Notes: generated by a model not told the origin, from the letters alone. A stretch of 64,000 bases of DNA from an uncultured Pseudobdellovibrionaceae bacterium (GCA_964360255.1 CAYHVK010000018.1:56-64055); one strand, 5' to 3'; shown: positions 38,532-50,633, numbered from the stretch's first letter. Program-made: numbers and translations.

Positions 38532-38583
38532 CTATTTCCTTCACACAGAAAAATCTCTGCCAAAACTTAATAGAAGGAATGCT

Positions 38584-39738
38584 ATGAAAAACTATTTCTT
38601 TACCTCTGAATCTGTATCTGAGGGCCACCCAGACAAATTAGCCGACCAAATCAGTGATGCGGTTTTAGATTCATTTTTAGCCCAAGATCCAACAAGCCGC
38701 GTGGCTTGCGAGACTTTAACTTCAACTGGTTTCGTTGTTTTAGCCGGTGAAATCACTTCTAAGGGTAGCGTTGATTATCCATCAGTAGTTCGCGAAGTGA
38801 TCAAAGATGTTGGTTATGACGATCCTGCCAAGGGCCTCGATTACAAGAGCTGCGCTATTTTCTCAGCTCTTGGTAAGCAAAGCCCAGATATTGCTCAAGG
38901 TGTAGACTCATCAGCAGATAAAGAGCAGGGTGCAGGCGATCAAGGTCTTATGTTTGGTTACGCTGTGAATGAAACGACTGAACTTATGCCTCTTTCGATC
39001 GCACTTTCTCATCAGCTAGTAAAAGATTTGGCGGGATTACGTAAAGCCAACAAAGTGAACTGGCTTCGTCCAGATTCTAAGAGCCAAGTAACGGTAGAGT
39101 ACATTGACGGTAAAATTTCGCGCGTAGACTCTGTTGTTATCTCGACTCAGCATGCTCCAGAAGTTGAGCAAGCAGAAATCAAAAACTACATCACTGAAGA
39201 AGTGATTCAAAAAGTAGTGCCTAAAAACTTGATTGATAAAAACACAAAATTCTACATTAATCCCACTGGCCGTTTTGTTGTGGGTGGTCCTCACGGGGAT
39301 GCTGGTTTAACAGGTCGCAAAATCATCGTAGACACTTATGGTGGTCACGGTGGTCACGGTGGCGGTGCCTTCTCTGGTAAAGATCCGTCTAAAGTTGATC
39401 GTTCGGCCGCATATGCGGCTCGCCACGTAGCTAAAAACATCGTAGCTTCTGGCGTGGCAGATAAATGTCTGGTTCAGATAGCTTACGCAATCGGCGTTGC
39501 TGAACCAATGAGCATTATGATCAATGATTACGGTACGGCAAAAGTAGATCCAGAAAAAATCGTGAAAGCTGTTCGCGAGATCTGGAGCCTCAAGCCAGCT
39601 GCGATTATTAAGCAATTTGATCTTCTCAAGCCGCGCTATCGTAAAACATCAACTTACGGGCACTTCGGACGTAACGACGCTGAGTTTACATGGGAAAAAC
39701 TAGATAAGGTTGAAGCGCTGAAGTCACTTTTGAAATAA
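38584..39738 (+). CDS. metK: S-adenosylmethionine synthetase
   Basis: [35 protein letters not shown]. Confidence 0.99.
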   Translation: MKNYFFTSESVSEGHPDKLADQISDAVLDSFLAQDPTSRVACETLTSTGFVVLAGEITSKGSVDYPSVVREVIKDVGYDDPAKGLDYKSCAIFSALGKQSPDIAQGVDSSADKEQGAGDQGLMFGYAVNETTELMPLSIALSHQLVKDLAGLRKANKVNWLRPDSKSQVTVEYIDGKISRVDSVVISTQHAPEVEQAEIKNYITEEVIQKVVPKNLIDKNTKFYINPTGRFVVGGPHGDAGLTGRKIIVDTYGGHGGHGGGAFSGKDPSKVDRSAAYAARHVAKNIVASGVADKCLVQIAYAIGVAEPMSIMINDYGTAKVDPEKIVKAVREIWSLKPAAIIKQFDLLKPRYRKTSTYGHFGRNDAEFTWEKLDKVEALKSLLK

Positions 39739-39760
39739 AAACGGAAACTAGAGTCCAACA

Positions 39761-41572
39761 ATGCAGCCAGAGTTTATACGTAATTTTTCGATCATCGCGC
39801 ACATTGACCATGGTAAGTCGACTCTTGCTGATGCCCTTCTTTCTGAGACGGGCACGTTAAGTAAACGTGAAGAAAAGGCCCAGTTTCTTGATAACATGGA
39901 TATCGAGCGCGAGCGCGGTATTACAATCAAGGCCCAAACTGTTCGGTTGCTCTATACCGCTAAAAACGGCAAAGAGTATCAGCTCAATCTCATCGATACG
40001 CCGGGACACGTGGATTTTGCTTACGAAGTTTCTCGCTCATTAGCAGCCTGTGAAGGAGCTTTACTTGTCGTCGACGCCAATCAAGGTGTTGAGGCGCAAA
40101 CTCTCGCCAACGTCTATTTAGCTCTAGAAAATAATCTACATATTCAAGTCGTTTTGAACAAAATCGATTTGCCATCAGCTGACCCTGAAGGCGTTAAAAA
40201 ACAAATTGAAGATTCAATTGGTCTTGAGACTGACAACGCTATTTTGGCGAGTGCTAAAGAGCGCATTGGTATTCGTGATATCCTTGAGGCTGTATGCGAA
40301 AGCTTTCCACCACCTAAAGCTGATCGCGAAAAGCCACTCAGAGCACTTATTTTCGACTCGTGGTTTGACTCTTACCAGGGGGTTATCACGCTCTGCCGAA
40401 TCGTAGACGGACGTGTTCGCAAAGGCGATCGCATTAAGTTTATGAGCAATGATCAAGAGTACGAAGTTCTTAAGCTCGGTGCATTTTCACCATTCCCACT
40501 CGAGTTCGAAGTTCTTGAGGCGGGTGAGGTGGGTTATCTTATCAGCGGCATTAAAACCATTCGTGATGTTCAAGTGGGCGATACCATCACCCATGTGAAG
40601 TCACAAAAATTTCAAGAAGCCACAGAGGCACTAGCAGGTTTCAAAAAAATTCAGCCCATGGTTTTCTCAGGGATTTTCCCGGTAGAATCTTCTGATTACG
40701 AAGACTTTAAAGATGCCTTGAGTAAACTTTGTCTCAATGATTCAAGTCTTGCATTCGAGCCAGAAAAATCAAACGCCCTTGGCTTCGGTTATCGCTGCGG
40801 CTTCCTCGGTCTTCTTCATATGGAAGTGGTGCAGGAGCGTCTCGAGCGTGAATTCAATTTAAATCTGATCTCGACAGCTCCATCAGTTGTTTACAAAATC
40901 TTTACGACCGACGGTAAGTCTTTCGACCTTGAAAATCCGTCAGGCCTCCCAGATCCTTCTAAAATCGATCGCCTCGAAGAGCCTTTTGTTAAAGTCACTC
41001 TCCATACGCCCACTGAATTTATCGGAGCCTTAATCAAGCTCTGTGAAGATCGTCGTGGCACGCAGATTAAAATGGAGTATGTGACCGAGAAGAAAGTGAT
41101 TATTGAGTACAAACTTCCGCTGAACGAAATTGTTATGGACTTCTATGATCGCTTAAAATCAATTTCAAAAGGTTATGCTTCTATGGAGTATGAACTGATG
41201 AATTTTGAGCCAGCCGATTTGGTGCGTCTTGATATTCTGCTCAACGCTGAGCCTGTTGATGCGCTTTCTATTATTGTTCACCGCTCGAAAGCAGATATTC
41301 GTGGCCGCCAATTGTGCGCCAAGCTAAAAGAGCTAATTCCGCGCCAGCAGTACCAGGTCAACATTCAAGCCGCTATTGGCTCTAAAATTGTCGCCCGCGA
41401 AACCTTAGGCGCTATACGAAAAGACGTGACAGCGAAATGTTACGGCGGTGATATATCCCGTAAGAGAAAACTTCTTGAGAAGCAAAAAGAAGGTAAGAAG
41501 CGCATGAAGCAAGTCGGAAGCGTAGATGTTCCGCAAGAGGCTTTCTTGGCTATCCTTAAGATCGACGATTGA
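39761..41572 (+). CDS. lepA: Translation elongation factor 4
   Basis: [43 protein letters not shown]. Confidence 0.99.
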   Translation: MQPEFIRNFSIIAHIDHGKSTLADALLSETGTLSKREEKAQFLDNMDIERERGITIKAQTVRLLYTAKNGKEYQLNLIDTPGHVDFAYEVSRSLAACEGALLVVDANQGVEAQTLANVYLALENNLHIQVVLNKIDLPSADPEGVKKQIEDSIGLETDNAILASAKERIGIRDILEAVCESFPPPKADREKPLRALIFDSWFDSYQGVITLCRIVDGRVRKGDRIKFMSNDQEYEVLKLGAFSPFPLEFEVLEAGEVGYLISGIKTIRDVQVGDTITHVKSQKFQEATEALAGFKKIQPMVFSGIFPVESSDYEDFKDALSKLCLNDSSLAFEPEKSNALGFGYRCGFLGLLHMEVVQERLEREFNLNLISTAPSVVYKIFTTDGKSFDLENPSGLPDPSKIDRLEEPFVKVTLHTPTEFIGALIKLCEDRRGTQIKMEYVTEKKVIIEYKLPLNEIVMDFYDRLKSISKGYASMEYELMNFEPADLVRLDILLNAEPVDALSIIVHRSKADIRGRQLCAKLKELIPRQQYQVNIQAAIGSKIVARETLGAIRKDVTAKCYGGDISRKRKLLEKQKEGKKRMKQVGSVDVPQEAFLAILKIDD

Positions 41573-41594
41573 TTTTAATTTAAGGGAGTTCACG

Positions 41595-42347
41595 GTGAAA
41601 TTTGACAGAAAGTTTTGGACAGAAGGACCGGGTTCGTTTGCTCTTGCTATCTTGATCGCCTTGACCATCCGCTGGGCCTTCATTGAAGCCTACGTGATTC
41701 CATCAGGGAGTATGCTTCCCACACTTCTTATTCATGATCATATTTTCGTTAATAAAATGGTTTACGGTGTGCGTATTCCGTTCACTGAAAAATGGCTTTT
41801 TAAGCTAAATGAACCTCAGCGTGGCGAAATCGTTGTTTTTAAATACCCAGAAGACCCGAATATTTTCTTTATCAAACGTATCATTGGCGTTCCGGGCGAT
41901 AAGATTGTGTATGAAAACGGCAATCTTTACATCAATGATGAGCTGATCAATAAGTATCCGCCGCAAGATCATAAAGATGACATGGCTTGGCTTCGTGATG
42001 AAGACTTCCGCGAAGAAGGCCCCGGAGCATTAGGTCTCTTCACTCATTGGGAAGAAAAAGTCGGAGATAGCACTTTCAGCATTTTAAACTTAAAGGGCAA
42101 AATTGGTGACAGTTTTGGTCCTTATCATGTTCCACCAGATCACTATTTTGTGCTGGGTGATAACCGCGATAAATCAAAAGACAGTCGTTACTGGAGCGAG
42201 AGTGGACCCTATCTCTCGCGCGATCTTCTTGTGGGCCGCGCCATGTTTGTATGGCTCAGCTGTGAAGATACGCTCCCGGTCGTAAGCTTTCTCTGCAATC
42301 CACTGACGATTCGCTGGTCACGGTTCTTCCACTCAGTTCACGACTGA
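41595..42347 (+). CDS. lepB: Signal peptidase I (copy 1)
   Basis: IPSGSMLPTL, FIKRIIG, GDNRDKSKDSR; GTG after GGGAG. Confidence 0.95.
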   Translation: MKFDRKFWTEGPGSFALAILIALTIRWAFIEAYVIPSGSMLPTLLIHDHIFVNKMVYGVRIPFTEKWLFKLNEPQRGEIVVFKYPEDPNIFFIKRIIGVPGDKIVYENGNLYINDELINKYPPQDHKDDMAWLRDEDFREEGPGALGLFTHWEEKVGDSTFSILNLKGKIGDSFGPYHVPPDHYFVLGDNRDKSKDSRYWSESGPYLSRDLLVGRAMFVWLSCEDTLPVVSFLCNPLTIRWSRFFHSVHD

Positions 42348-42356
42348 AAGTAAGTC

Positions 42357-43073
42357 ATGGTAACAGAATCTAAAAAAGCAACGGCGATGGGCAGCTTAGG
42401 GCTGTTCGCGCTGGCTCTTTTTATATTCTTATCTCTACGCTGGGCTGTGCTTGAGCCTTTTATTATTCCTTCGGGCAGTATGATTCCTTCGCTTCTCATT
42501 CATGATCACATTGGTGTGGCGAAATGGTCTTTTGGTCTTCGCGTGCCGTTCAGTCAAAAGTGGCTAACGGGGCCTTATACTCCAGAAAGATTTGATGTGG
42601 TTGTGTTTAAGTCGGTTGAAAACCCCGATATGTATATGATCAAGCGGGTGATTGGTTTGCCTGGTGATCATATTCAAATCACAAAACAAGGGGGGCTTGT
42701 TATTAACGACATCGAAATTCCCCGTAAAAAATTAGAAGAGTTTACTCGTCCTGAAGAAGATCTCGAAATTTCGCCTGATCAGCTGGACTTTTACTTAGAA
42801 GGCGAAAAAAAAGAGCATGTTGTCATGCAAAGGCGTGCGGCTTTTCGTTGGGAAGTTCAAGCCTATGATGTGCCTGAGGGAAAGCTTTTAATGATGGGTG
42901 ATAACCGTGATGCATCCCATGATGGTCGTTATTGGGGTTATCTTCCTCTTGAAAATTTGGTGGGTAAGGCTTTGTTTATTTGGCTCAGTTGTACTGAGAC
43001 AATTTCTGTAACACAAAATCTTTGCGACCCTAATTTCATTCGTTGGCAACGGATCTTTTCTCCGATTCAATGA
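42357..43073 (+). CDS. lepB: Signal peptidase I (copy 2)
   Basis: IPSGSMIPSL, MIKRVIG, GDNRDASHDGR. Confidence 0.93.
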   Translation: MVTESKKATAMGSLGLFALALFIFLSLRWAVLEPFIIPSGSMIPSLLIHDHIGVAKWSFGLRVPFSQKWLTGPYTPERFDVVVFKSVENPDMYMIKRVIGLPGDHIQITKQGGLVINDIEIPRKKLEEFTRPEEDLEISPDQLDFYLEGEKKEHVVMQRRAAFRWEVQAYDVPEGKLLMMGDNRDASHDGRYWGYLPLENLVGKALFIWLSCTETISVTQNLCDPNFIRWQRIFSPIQ

Positions 43074-43077
43074 TTCA

Positions 43078-43812
43078 ATGAGGGCCATGAATCGTGATTT
43101 TCAGAGCTTAGTTAAGCGTATATTAAGAGATTATGCCGAAACGCTATTTTTAGCGTTAATGCTGGCGTTACTTCTTCGATTTTTCGTTATTTCAGCCTAT
43201 CGAATTTCGAATCCTTCGATGGTGCCTGCGCTTCGAGTGGGAGATTTTATTCTCGGCTTTAAGTTGTCTTATGGCTTCAATGTCCCATTTACGAGTAAAA
43301 AAGTGGGCCGTCCTCGTCCGCAAAGAAATGAAGTGCTGATTTTTAAATGTCCGAGCGAGCTTTCAAAAAGCTGTATAAAGCGAGTCATCGGCATTCCTGG
43401 TGATCGCATTCAAATTTCTAAAAAGAAACTAATTATCAATAATAAGGTGGCACGGTACGAAAAAGTACCTAACGAGATCACTAACGAAGTGGTTAAAGAC
43501 CTGATTCAGCCCCCTAAAGAGCGGGTGATTCTCAAAGAAACCTCGTTGGGTGTGTCTCGCCGCATCTTTTTGTCCTCAGCTGACCTTGATGAAGCTTATG
43601 GGCCACTTGTTGTGCCTCCTGGCCATATTTTTGTCCTTTCTGACAACCGGGATGATAAAGAAGACTCTAGAAAATGGGGAGTTGTGCCAATTTCCCTGAT
43701 TGAAGCTAAAGCGGTAGGGGTCTGGTTCTCAATAGATTGGAGCCCCACATTAAAAAAGTCGGGGGGCGCCCCCAGAATTCGATTTGAGAGATTCTTTGAG
43801 GCGGTTCGTTAA
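43078..43812 (+). CDS. lepB: Signal peptidase I (copy 3, divergent)
   Basis: ISNPSMVPAL, CIKRVIG, SDNRDDKEDSR. Confidence 0.88.
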   Translation: MRAMNRDFQSLVKRILRDYAETLFLALMLALLLRFFVISAYRISNPSMVPALRVGDFILGFKLSYGFNVPFTSKKVGRPRPQRNEVLIFKCPSELSKSCIKRVIGIPGDRIQISKKKLIINNKVARYEKVPNEITNEVVKDLIQPPKERVILKETSLGVSRRIFLSSADLDEAYGPLVVPPGHIFVLSDNRDDKEDSRKWGVVPISLIEAKAVGVWFSIDWSPTLKKSGGAPRIRFERFFEAVR

Positions 43813-43854
43813 ACTGTTGCCTAGAGGGAAGGGCGCAAGCTAAATTATTTCCCA

Positions 43855-44787
43855 ATGTCCCTTCTTGGTCGATCTTTCATTCGTTCTGCAGACTTATCTG
43901 GCGAAAGAATTCATTCTTTTTTTGATTATGTTTCTGAATTAAAAAATGAGTTCAATAAGCACGGAAATTTCGACCGTCTCGTTCAAAAAGATCACAAAAA
44001 AGTTATCGCTCTCTTGTTTTTTGAACCTAGCACACGGACGCGCTTTAGTTTCGAAATTGCAGCTAAACGTTTAGGTATGTCCACAACAACTCTCGATTCA
44101 GCGGCTAGTACAAGCCTCACTAAAGGTGAAACGCTAATTGATACGATTTATAATATTTGTGCGATGAAACCTGATGCTCTTGTTATTCGTCATTCTGGCA
44201 ATAAAGAAGTGAATGAGTGCCTGCGTGACTTAAAAATTCCAGTGATCAATGCGGGTGATGGTACAGATGAACATCCCACTCAGGCGCTTCTTGATGCCTA
44301 TACAATTCGCTCTCGCATGCCGCTTCAAAAGGCGAAAATACTTTTCGTGGGGGATATACGCCACAGCCGCGTGGCGCACTCAGATCGTCGGTTATTTGAG
44401 CGTTTAGGTTTAGAGGTCGGTTTTTGCTCACCTGAGTCTTTGGCTCCAGTTGAGCAAGAGTGGTCTCGGGCTCGTGATTTTAAAACTTTGAATGAAGGTC
44501 TTGAGTGGTGCGATGTGGTCATGGGCTTGCGCCTTCAACAAGAGCGCTACTCTGGCGAAGAGTATATTGATTTGAATTCTTATATTCAAAGTTACCGACT
44601 CGATTATAATTCTCTACAATCACTCAAGCCCAAGGGCTTGATAATGCATCCGGGTCCGTTTGTGCCTGAAGTTGATCTTTCATCTGATGTTTTGAAAGAT
44701 CCTCGCTGCGTAATTCATGAGCAGGTTGAAAATGGTGTGTACGTAAGAATGGCATTATTAAGTGAAATTTTAGGGTTACGTAAATGA
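43855..44787 (+). CDS. pyrB: Aspartate carbamoyltransferase catalytic subunit
   Basis: FFEPSTRTR, NAGDG..EHPTQALLD, MHPGP. Confidence 0.98.
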   Translation: MSLLGRSFIRSADLSGERIHSFFDYVSELKNEFNKHGNFDRLVQKDHKKVIALLFFEPSTRTRFSFEIAAKRLGMSTTTLDSAASTSLTKGETLIDTIYNICAMKPDALVIRHSGNKEVNECLRDLKIPVINAGDGTDEHPTQALLDAYTIRSRMPLQKAKILFVGDIRHSRVAHSDRRLFERLGLEVGFCSPESLAPVEQEWSRARDFKTLNEGLEWCDVVMGLRLQQERYSGEEYIDLNSYIQSYRLDYNSLQSLKPKGLIMHPGPFVPEVDLSSDVLKDPRCVIHEQVENGVYVRMALLSEILGLRK

Positions 44788-45854
44788 ATCAAAAATCTTC
44801 ACTCTATTTAGAATCAGGCGAGATCTTCACGGGCCAAATGGTGGCCGGTGAGCCGAAGGCCGGCGAAGTCGTATTCAATACGTCGCACTCAGGTTATGAA
44901 GAGATGGCGACGGATCCTTCTTACTATTCACAAATTTTAGTTACTACAGCTTCTCAGCAAGGTAACTACGGCGTTGATGATGAAGTTTGGGAGTCTCGTA
45001 AAATTTGGATTCGCGGTTTCGTTTGCCTCGAAGTGCAAAACTCTTCTCGGGAGCGATCATGGCTCGAGCGTCTCGATCAAGGCAAAGTCCCGTTAATAAC
45101 TGAGGTGGATACTAGGCAGCTAGTTTTACACTTGCGCTCAAATGGCACCCCTTGGGGGGCCATTATTGATTCTGTTGATGCTAAAGTTGTAAAAGAAAAA
45201 GCTCAACAATTGATAAAAAAAGCGAAAAGCGGCCCGGCTGACTGGACAGCGTTAGTAAGTTCAGAAAAGCCATATGAGATTCAGGGACATAACGAAAACG
45301 GCCCGAAAATCGCACTCCTAGATTTTGGCTCAAAAGAAAATATTATTCGCGAGCTTCGTAAACGCGCTCAACTCATAAAAATTTTTCCGTCATCATCGAC
45401 AAGTTCAGAAATCAAAGCCTGGAACCCAGACGGAATTTTACTCTCCAACGGCCCGGGCGATCCGGCCTTAGTCAATCCTGGTATTCAAACTGTTCGTGAG
45501 CTTTTAGGTTGGCGTTTTATTTTTGGTATTTGTATGGGGCACCAAGTTTTGGGTCTCGCTCTGGGCGGGAAAACTTATAAGTTGAAGTTCGGACATCGCG
45601 GAAGCAACCATCCTATTCGCGACACACTTGTAAATCGTGTTTATATGACAAGCCAAAATCACGGTTACAATGTTGATATAGAGAGTTTGGGCGATAAAGT
45701 TCAGGTGACCCACACCAATCTGAATGACAATACAATCGCCGGTATGATTTCAACTCAAAATAAATGTATGAGTGTTCAATTCCATCCTGAGAGTCATCCG
45801 GGCCCTCATGATTCGGTAGAGCTATTTGATTATTTTATGCGGCAGTTGGTATGA
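44784..45854 (+). CDS. carA: Carbamoyl-phosphate synthase small subunit
   Basis: GEVVFNT, SNGPGDP, GICMGHQ, QFHPE. Confidence 0.98.
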   Translation: MNQKSSLYLESGEIFTGQMVAGEPKAGEVVFNTSHSGYEEMATDPSYYSQILVTTASQQGNYGVDDEVWESRKIWIRGFVCLEVQNSSRERSWLERLDQGKVPLITEVDTRQLVLHLRSNGTPWGAIIDSVDAKVVKEKAQQLIKKAKSGPADWTALVSSEKPYEIQGHNENGPKIALLDFGSKENIIRELRKRAQLIKIFPSSSTSSEIKAWNPDGILLSNGPGDPALVNPGIQTVRELLGWRFIFGICMGHQVLGLALGGKTYKLKFGHRGSNHPIRDTLVNRVYMTSQNHGYNVDIESLGDKVQVTHTNLNDNTIAGMISTQNKCMSVQFHPESHPGPHDSVELFDYFMRQLV

Positions 45855-46510
45855 CGATATACACAGATTTAACAGAAAAATTAATGCAGTTTTACACAAG
45901 CGGCTCGTATCACGAAGAAGCTGTTAAAGCTAAGATACAGTTTAACGAATATGCGGGCGTGTTTGATGAGGCGGCTTCAAACTTTGAGCAAAAACTAGCT
46001 CAGTTTGTGGACTGGTATCTCTTTACGCGTCCACTTCGCCAGTTTGGACTTTCTCCGATTGCTCTTCAGGCTGAACGTGAAGTGATGCCAATGAGTGAAG
46101 AAGAGAAGCCTTACATTCAAAACTTAGCCAATAATCGTCACAGTCTTTTTGAATTCCTTAAAATCTCGCGCGATGACCTGCATGTGCGTGATTTATTTTC
46201 TGATTACAAACTTGTGATCAAGAAATCACCTGTTGTACATGGTTTTGATGAGAATGAGCCTTTCGAGGGGCGACTCATTCCGCACGGTGATTCATTTATT
46301 TTTGCTTCAGCTTTCTGTTTTCACCCAAAAGAATCAGTTAAGTTTATTCTTCAAGAAGTGAAAAAAGTGAAGAAGGTGGGCGACGACGAACGACCAAAAA
46401 GCCGCGAAGAACTATTGATCCGTCTTTTCAGAATGCGCCATAAGTACGAACAGTATCCACATGTGGCCATTGATGAAATTTACACTAACGAGCCAAGGAT
46501 GAAATTTTAA
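45851..46510 (+). CDS. Hypothetical protein between carA and carB
   Basis: 219-aa ORF overlapping the carA stop (ATGA) and the carB start (TAATG). Confidence 0.8.
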   Translation: MTIYTDLTEKLMQFYTSGSYHEEAVKAKIQFNEYAGVFDEAASNFEQKLAQFVDWYLFTRPLRQFGLSPIALQAEREVMPMSEEEKPYIQNLANNRHSLFEFLKISRDDLHVRDLFSDYKLVIKKSPVVHGFDENEPFEGRLIPHGDSFIFASAFCFHPKESVKFILQEVKKVKKVGDDERPKSREELLIRLFRMRHKYEQYPHVAIDEIYTNEPRMKF

Positions 46511-49500
46511 TGCCTAGACATCAGCATTTAAAGAAAGTCGTCATTATCGGAAGCGGCCCTATTGTTATTGGGCAGGCTTGTGAATTTGACTACTCGGGCA
46601 CACAAGCCTGCAAAGCGCTGATGAAAGAGGGGCTCGAAGTTATTTTAATCAACTCAAACCCAGCCACAATCATGACTGATCCTGAAGTGGCAACGCGAGT
46701 TTATATTGAGCCACTCAAAGCTGAGTACGTCCGTAAAATTTTAGAAAAAGAACGCCCTGATGCCATCATTCCTACATTAGGCGGTCAAACAGCATTAAAT
46801 TTAGCTTTAGAGCTTGAGAGCTTAGGGATTCTAAAAGAACTCGGCATTGAAATGTTGGGTGCTAACCCTGAGACCATTCGTAAAGCTGAAGATCGTGAGA
46901 AATTCTGCCGACTTCTTGATCAAGTCGGCGCCAAGTATCCACGCAGTCGTATGATTCGCAATTACGACGATGCAATGGCTTTGGCTGAAGAGTTTGGTTT
47001 GCCTCTTGTTCTGCGCCCAAATTTCACTTTGGGTGGCGGCGGTGGCGGTATTGCATACTCTCTTGAAGAGTATAAAACTAAAATGGCGACGGCCCTACAT
47101 GAGAGTCCCACTTCAGAAGTTTTAGTTGAAGCCAGCATCTTAGGTTGGAAAGAATATGAGCTTGAAGTGATGCGCGATCGCAACGGCACTTTCGTTGTTA
47201 TCTGTTCAATTGAAAATTTTGATCCATGCGGAGTTCATACTGGCGACAGTATTACGGTGGCTCCGCAGCAGACTTTATCTGATCGCGAATATCAGGCGAT
47301 GCGTGATGAAGCACGATTAATTATTGAAGCTGTCGGCGTTGAAACGGGTGGAGCTAATATTCAGTTCGCTGTTCATCCAGAAACTAAAGAACGCGTAGTT
47401 ATTGAGATGAATCCGCGCGTGAGCCGCTCCTCTGCACTTGCGAGTAAGGCAACGGGATTCCCAATCGCTAAGATTGCGGCTTTACTTTCAGTGGGCTACA
47501 CGCTTGATGAAATTAGAAATGATATTACCGGCTCGACACCTTCATGTTACGAACCTGCCCTTGATTATGTCGTAACTAAAATCCCTCGCTTTGCTTTTGA
47601 AAAATTCGCAGGCTCGAAAGATTCTCTCACGACACAAATGAAGAGCGTGGGCGAGTCTATGGGGATTGGCCGTACTTTCAAAGAATCTTTGGTTAAAGCA
47701 CTGGTTTCTCTTGAAAAAGATCCTCGTGGCTTTTATCCCGTGCAATTTTCAGAAACGTTAGTTTGTACGCCGAATAGCGATCGCATTTATCATATTGCAC
47801 AAGGTTTCCGTGAAGGCATTTCAGTTGATCAGATGGTGAAATGGACACAAATTCACCCCTGGTTTTTAGAACAACTGAAAACTATTATTGATTATGAGGC
47901 CGAAATTAAAGCCGCGCCTCAGTTATCTTACGAGGTTCTACAGAGGGCGAAGAGACTCGGTTTGCCTGATGCTTTAATTGCAGATTTGCGTGGTCTTACA
48001 GTTGAAGATGTTCGCTCACTACGTAAGGGCTTCAAGCTGGTACCGGCTTACTTCCAAGTCGATACTTGTGCCGGAGAATTCCAGTCGAGTACGCCTTATT
48101 ACTATTCGACTTATTGGTATCAAGGTGAGCGCGCCGAGCGCTCAAAGTTCGCGAATCCAACCATTGCACTTCTTGGTAGCGGGCCTAACCGCATTGGTCA
48201 GGGCATTGAGTTTGATTACAGCTGCGTCAGAAGTGTAAAGCGCTTTCAAAAAGAAGGCTATCGCGTTGTTATGATCAACTCGAATCCTGAAACAGTTTCG
48301 ACAGACTATGATACATCTGACGAGTTATTTTTTGAGCCTCTTGTTGAAGAGAACATTATTGAAATTCTTAATTACGTTCAGCCGAAAGGTTTTGTCGCTC
48401 AATTGGGTGGACAAACTCCAATCAGTTTAGCCCCTGAGCTTGAGCAAGCAGGCTTTAAACTTTTAGGTTCCCCATTAGAGGCCATTGATTTGGCTGAAGA
48501 TCGCGCTCGATTTAATAAAATATGTGATGAACTCAGTTTTCAGATTCCACGCTCTGGTATGGCCACTGATTTGAAAAGCGCGCTAGCCATTGCTGAGCGT
48601 GTTGGCTATCCGCTTCTCTGTCGCCCAAGTTATGTTTTGGGTGGTCGACGTATGGAGATTATTGAAAATGAACTTGAGCTGGAGAGTTACTTCCTCAGAC
48701 ATGGTCCATTTATCGGAGTTAAAACACCATGCTTGGTAGATGAGTTCTTAGATCGTGCCCTTGAGGTTGACGTAGATCTCGTTCGTGGCCCTAACTGGAT
48801 GGTTGTAGGCGGTATTGTCGAGCATATTGAAGCTGCAGGAGTGCATTCGGGCGATAGCATGGGCGTTATTCCTCCTCAGCGTTTGAAGCCTGAGACCAGC
48901 GAAAAAATTGAACAAATGAGCCGAGCTTTAGCTGAGCGTCTAGGGATTTTAGGCTTTCTCAATCTGCAGCTCGCCATAAAAAATGACGAGATTTACATTC
49001 TAGAGGCCAACCCCCGCAGTTCGCGCAGCGTACCCTTTATTGCGAAAGCTACGGGTATTCCGTTAGTCGACTTAGGTGTGTTAGCCATTCTCGGTGTTGA
49101 TAGTAAAAAAATTCCTGTTGCGAACTACAGTTGGCGTGATCTTGATGCCGTTTGTGTAAAGGGAGTGGTCTTTCCGTTCAAAAAATTCTCTGAAGCTGAT
49201 TCTATTCTTGGCCCAGAAATGAAATCCACTGGTGAATCTATGGGACGTGGAGAGGATTATCCTGAAGCACTGCTTAAGGCCCTTGTATCAAGCCATTTAA
49301 CTTTGCCATTAAAAGGTGAAGTTTTTTTATCTCTCCGTGATAAAGATAAAGATCAAATGCTAGTTGTAGCGAAAGAATTGAACTCTATCGGGTACACATT
49401 CAGTGCGACCGGAGGTACGGCTCAGTTTTTACAAGATGCTGGCGTGCCATGCGAATCCGTTAAAAAAGTCCATGAGGGTCGTCCCAACTGCGTAGATAGA

Positions 49501-49710
49501 ATTCGCTCTGGACAAGTCGCATTTGTTATTAATACGACTTCAGGTCGTCGCTCGATTGAAGCGAGTTTTGGTATTCGTCGTAGCTGTATTGATTATTCAA
49601 TTCCTTGCTTAACTGAAAGCGATGCGGCTGAGAGTTTCTTAGTCGCCATCAAGAGACAGAAGCGAGGAGATTTTGAAGTCTCACCCATACTGCCAATGAA
49701 GCCGCTCTAG
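46510..49710 (+). CDS. carB: Carbamoyl-phosphate synthase large subunit
   Basis: [35 protein letters not shown], duplicated ATP-grasp, MGS domain. Confidence 0.99.
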   Translation: MPRHQHLKKVVIIGSGPIVIGQACEFDYSGTQACKALMKEGLEVILINSNPATIMTDPEVATRVYIEPLKAEYVRKILEKERPDAIIPTLGGQTALNLALELESLGILKELGIEMLGANPETIRKAEDREKFCRLLDQVGAKYPRSRMIRNYDDAMALAEEFGLPLVLRPNFTLGGGGGGIAYSLEEYKTKMATALHESPTSEVLVEASILGWKEYELEVMRDRNGTFVVICSIENFDPCGVHTGDSITVAPQQTLSDREYQAMRDEARLIIEAVGVETGGANIQFAVHPETKERVVIEMNPRVSRSSALASKATGFPIAKIAALLSVGYTLDEIRNDITGSTPSCYEPALDYVVTKIPRFAFEKFAGSKDSLTTQMKSVGESMGIGRTFKESLVKALVSLEKDPRGFYPVQFSETLVCTPNSDRIYHIAQGFREGISVDQMVKWTQIHPWFLEQLKTIIDYEAEIKAAPQLSYEVLQRAKRLGLPDALIADLRGLTVEDVRSLRKGFKLVPAYFQVDTCAGEFQSSTPYYYSTYWYQGERAERSKFANPTIALLGSGPNRIGQGIEFDYSCVRSVKRFQKEGYRVVMINSNPETVSTDYDTSDELFFEPLVEENIIEILNYVQPKGFVAQLGGQTPISLAPELEQAGFKLLGSPLEAIDLAEDRARFNKICDELSFQIPRSGMATDLKSALAIAERVGYPLLCRPSYVLGGRRMEIIENELELESYFLRHGPFIGVKTPCLVDEFLDRALEVDVDLVRGPNWMVVGGIVEHIEAAGVHSGDSMGVIPPQRLKPETSEKIEQMSRALAERLGILGFLNLQLAIKNDEIYILEANPRSSRSVPFIAKATGIPLVDLGVLAILGVDSKKIPVANYSWRDLDAVCVKGVVFPFKKFSEADSILGPEMKSTGESMGRGEDYPEALLKALVSSHLTLPLKGEVFLSLRDKDKDQMLVVAKELNSIGYTFSATGGTAQFLQDAGVPCESVKKVHEGRPNCVDRIRSGQVAFVINTTSGRRSIEASFGIRRSCIDYSIPCLTESDAAESFLVAIKRQKRGDFEVSPILPMKPL

Positions 49711-49757
49711 TTTTGAATTAGTGGACGGCTTCTTAAACTTATGCTCCAATATTGAGC

Positions 49758-50633
49758 ATGTCGATTTTAGAAGTAAAAGAACTTATCAAGTCATATAAAA
49801 AAGGTTTCATTCCGAAATCTGTTCGTGTTTTACATGGTGTGAACTTTTCGCTCAAAGCGGGGGCGATTACGGGTTTTCTGGGCGGCAATGGGGCCGGCAA
49901 AACAACGACGATCAAATGTATTCTTGGGTTAGCTTTTGCCGATTCAGGGGAAGTCAGGTATTTCGGACAACCTTTTTTAACTCGTGAAATAAAAAAACGA
50001 ATTGGTTTTCTACCAGAGCGTCCTTATTTTTATGAACATTTAACAGGCGAAGAGTTTTTGCAATTTTATGGCCAACTTTCTTTTCGTTTTACAAAAGCAG
50101 AATTGAATCAGCGTATTGATAGACTCATGAAGAGAGTGGACCTTTCTCACGCGAAAGATCGTAAGCTGCGCAATTACTCTAAAGGTATGTTGCAAAAAAT
50201 TGGAGTGGCTCAAGCTTTAATTCATGATCCTGAGCTTGTTATTCTTGATGAGCCGATGTCCGGCTTAGATCCGGATGGGCGTTTTTATTTAAGCGAAATT
50301 ATTCGTGAAACCGCTCGTGAAGGCCGCACTGTTTTTTTTAGCAGTCATTTACTTAATGACGCCGAAAAATTGTGTGAAAATTTAGTGATCATGAAAACGG
50401 GCCGAGTCACTTACGAAGGAAAGACCGAAACTTTTCTTGAAAAAATGGGCGAGGCTTCGATTGTGACTTATTTGCACACAGGTTTGAAGCAAACTCGTCG
50501 TTGTGAAACGCAAAATGATTTGCAGAAGAATTTGAGCGACTTGTTAAATAATGGAGCCCAGATTTTAGACATTAAACAAGATCGCAATTTAGAAGATGCT
50601 TTTATCCGTATGGGTTTAAGAGGAGATCCTTGA
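49758..50633 (+). CDS. ABC transporter ATPase (myxobacterial PilH-like)
   Basis: GGNGAGKTT, YSKGMLQ, LDEPMSGLDP; heads the pil cluster. Confidence 0.85.
   Translation: MSILEVKELIKSYKKGFIPKSVRVLHGVNFSLKAGAITGFLGGNGAGKTTTIKCILGLAFADSGEVRYFGQPFLTREIKKRIGFLPERPYFYEHLTGEEFLQFYGQLSFRFTKAELNQRIDRLMKRVDLSHAKDRKLRNYSKGMLQKIGVAQALIHDPELVILDEPMSGLDPDGRFYLSEIIRETAREGRTVFFSSHLLNDAEKLCENLVIMKTGRVTYEGKTETFLEKMGEASIVTYLHTGLKQTRRCETQNDLQKNLSDLLNNGAQILDIKQDRNLEDAFIRMGLRGDP

Noticed and set aside
38181-38583. SAM riboswitch upstream of metK
   Set aside because: No SAM-I core (AUC..GAGA / GCAACC / GUGC) or SAM-II pattern recognisable; only inverted repeats.
38338-38628. 96-aa minus-strand ORF
   Set aside because: Overlaps the metK start and both inverted repeats; no RBS or protein-like motif.
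43813-43854. PyrR-type attenuator before pyrB
   Set aside because: The gap is only 42 bp and holds just a promoter-like TTGCCT-N18-TAAATT; no room for an attenuator.
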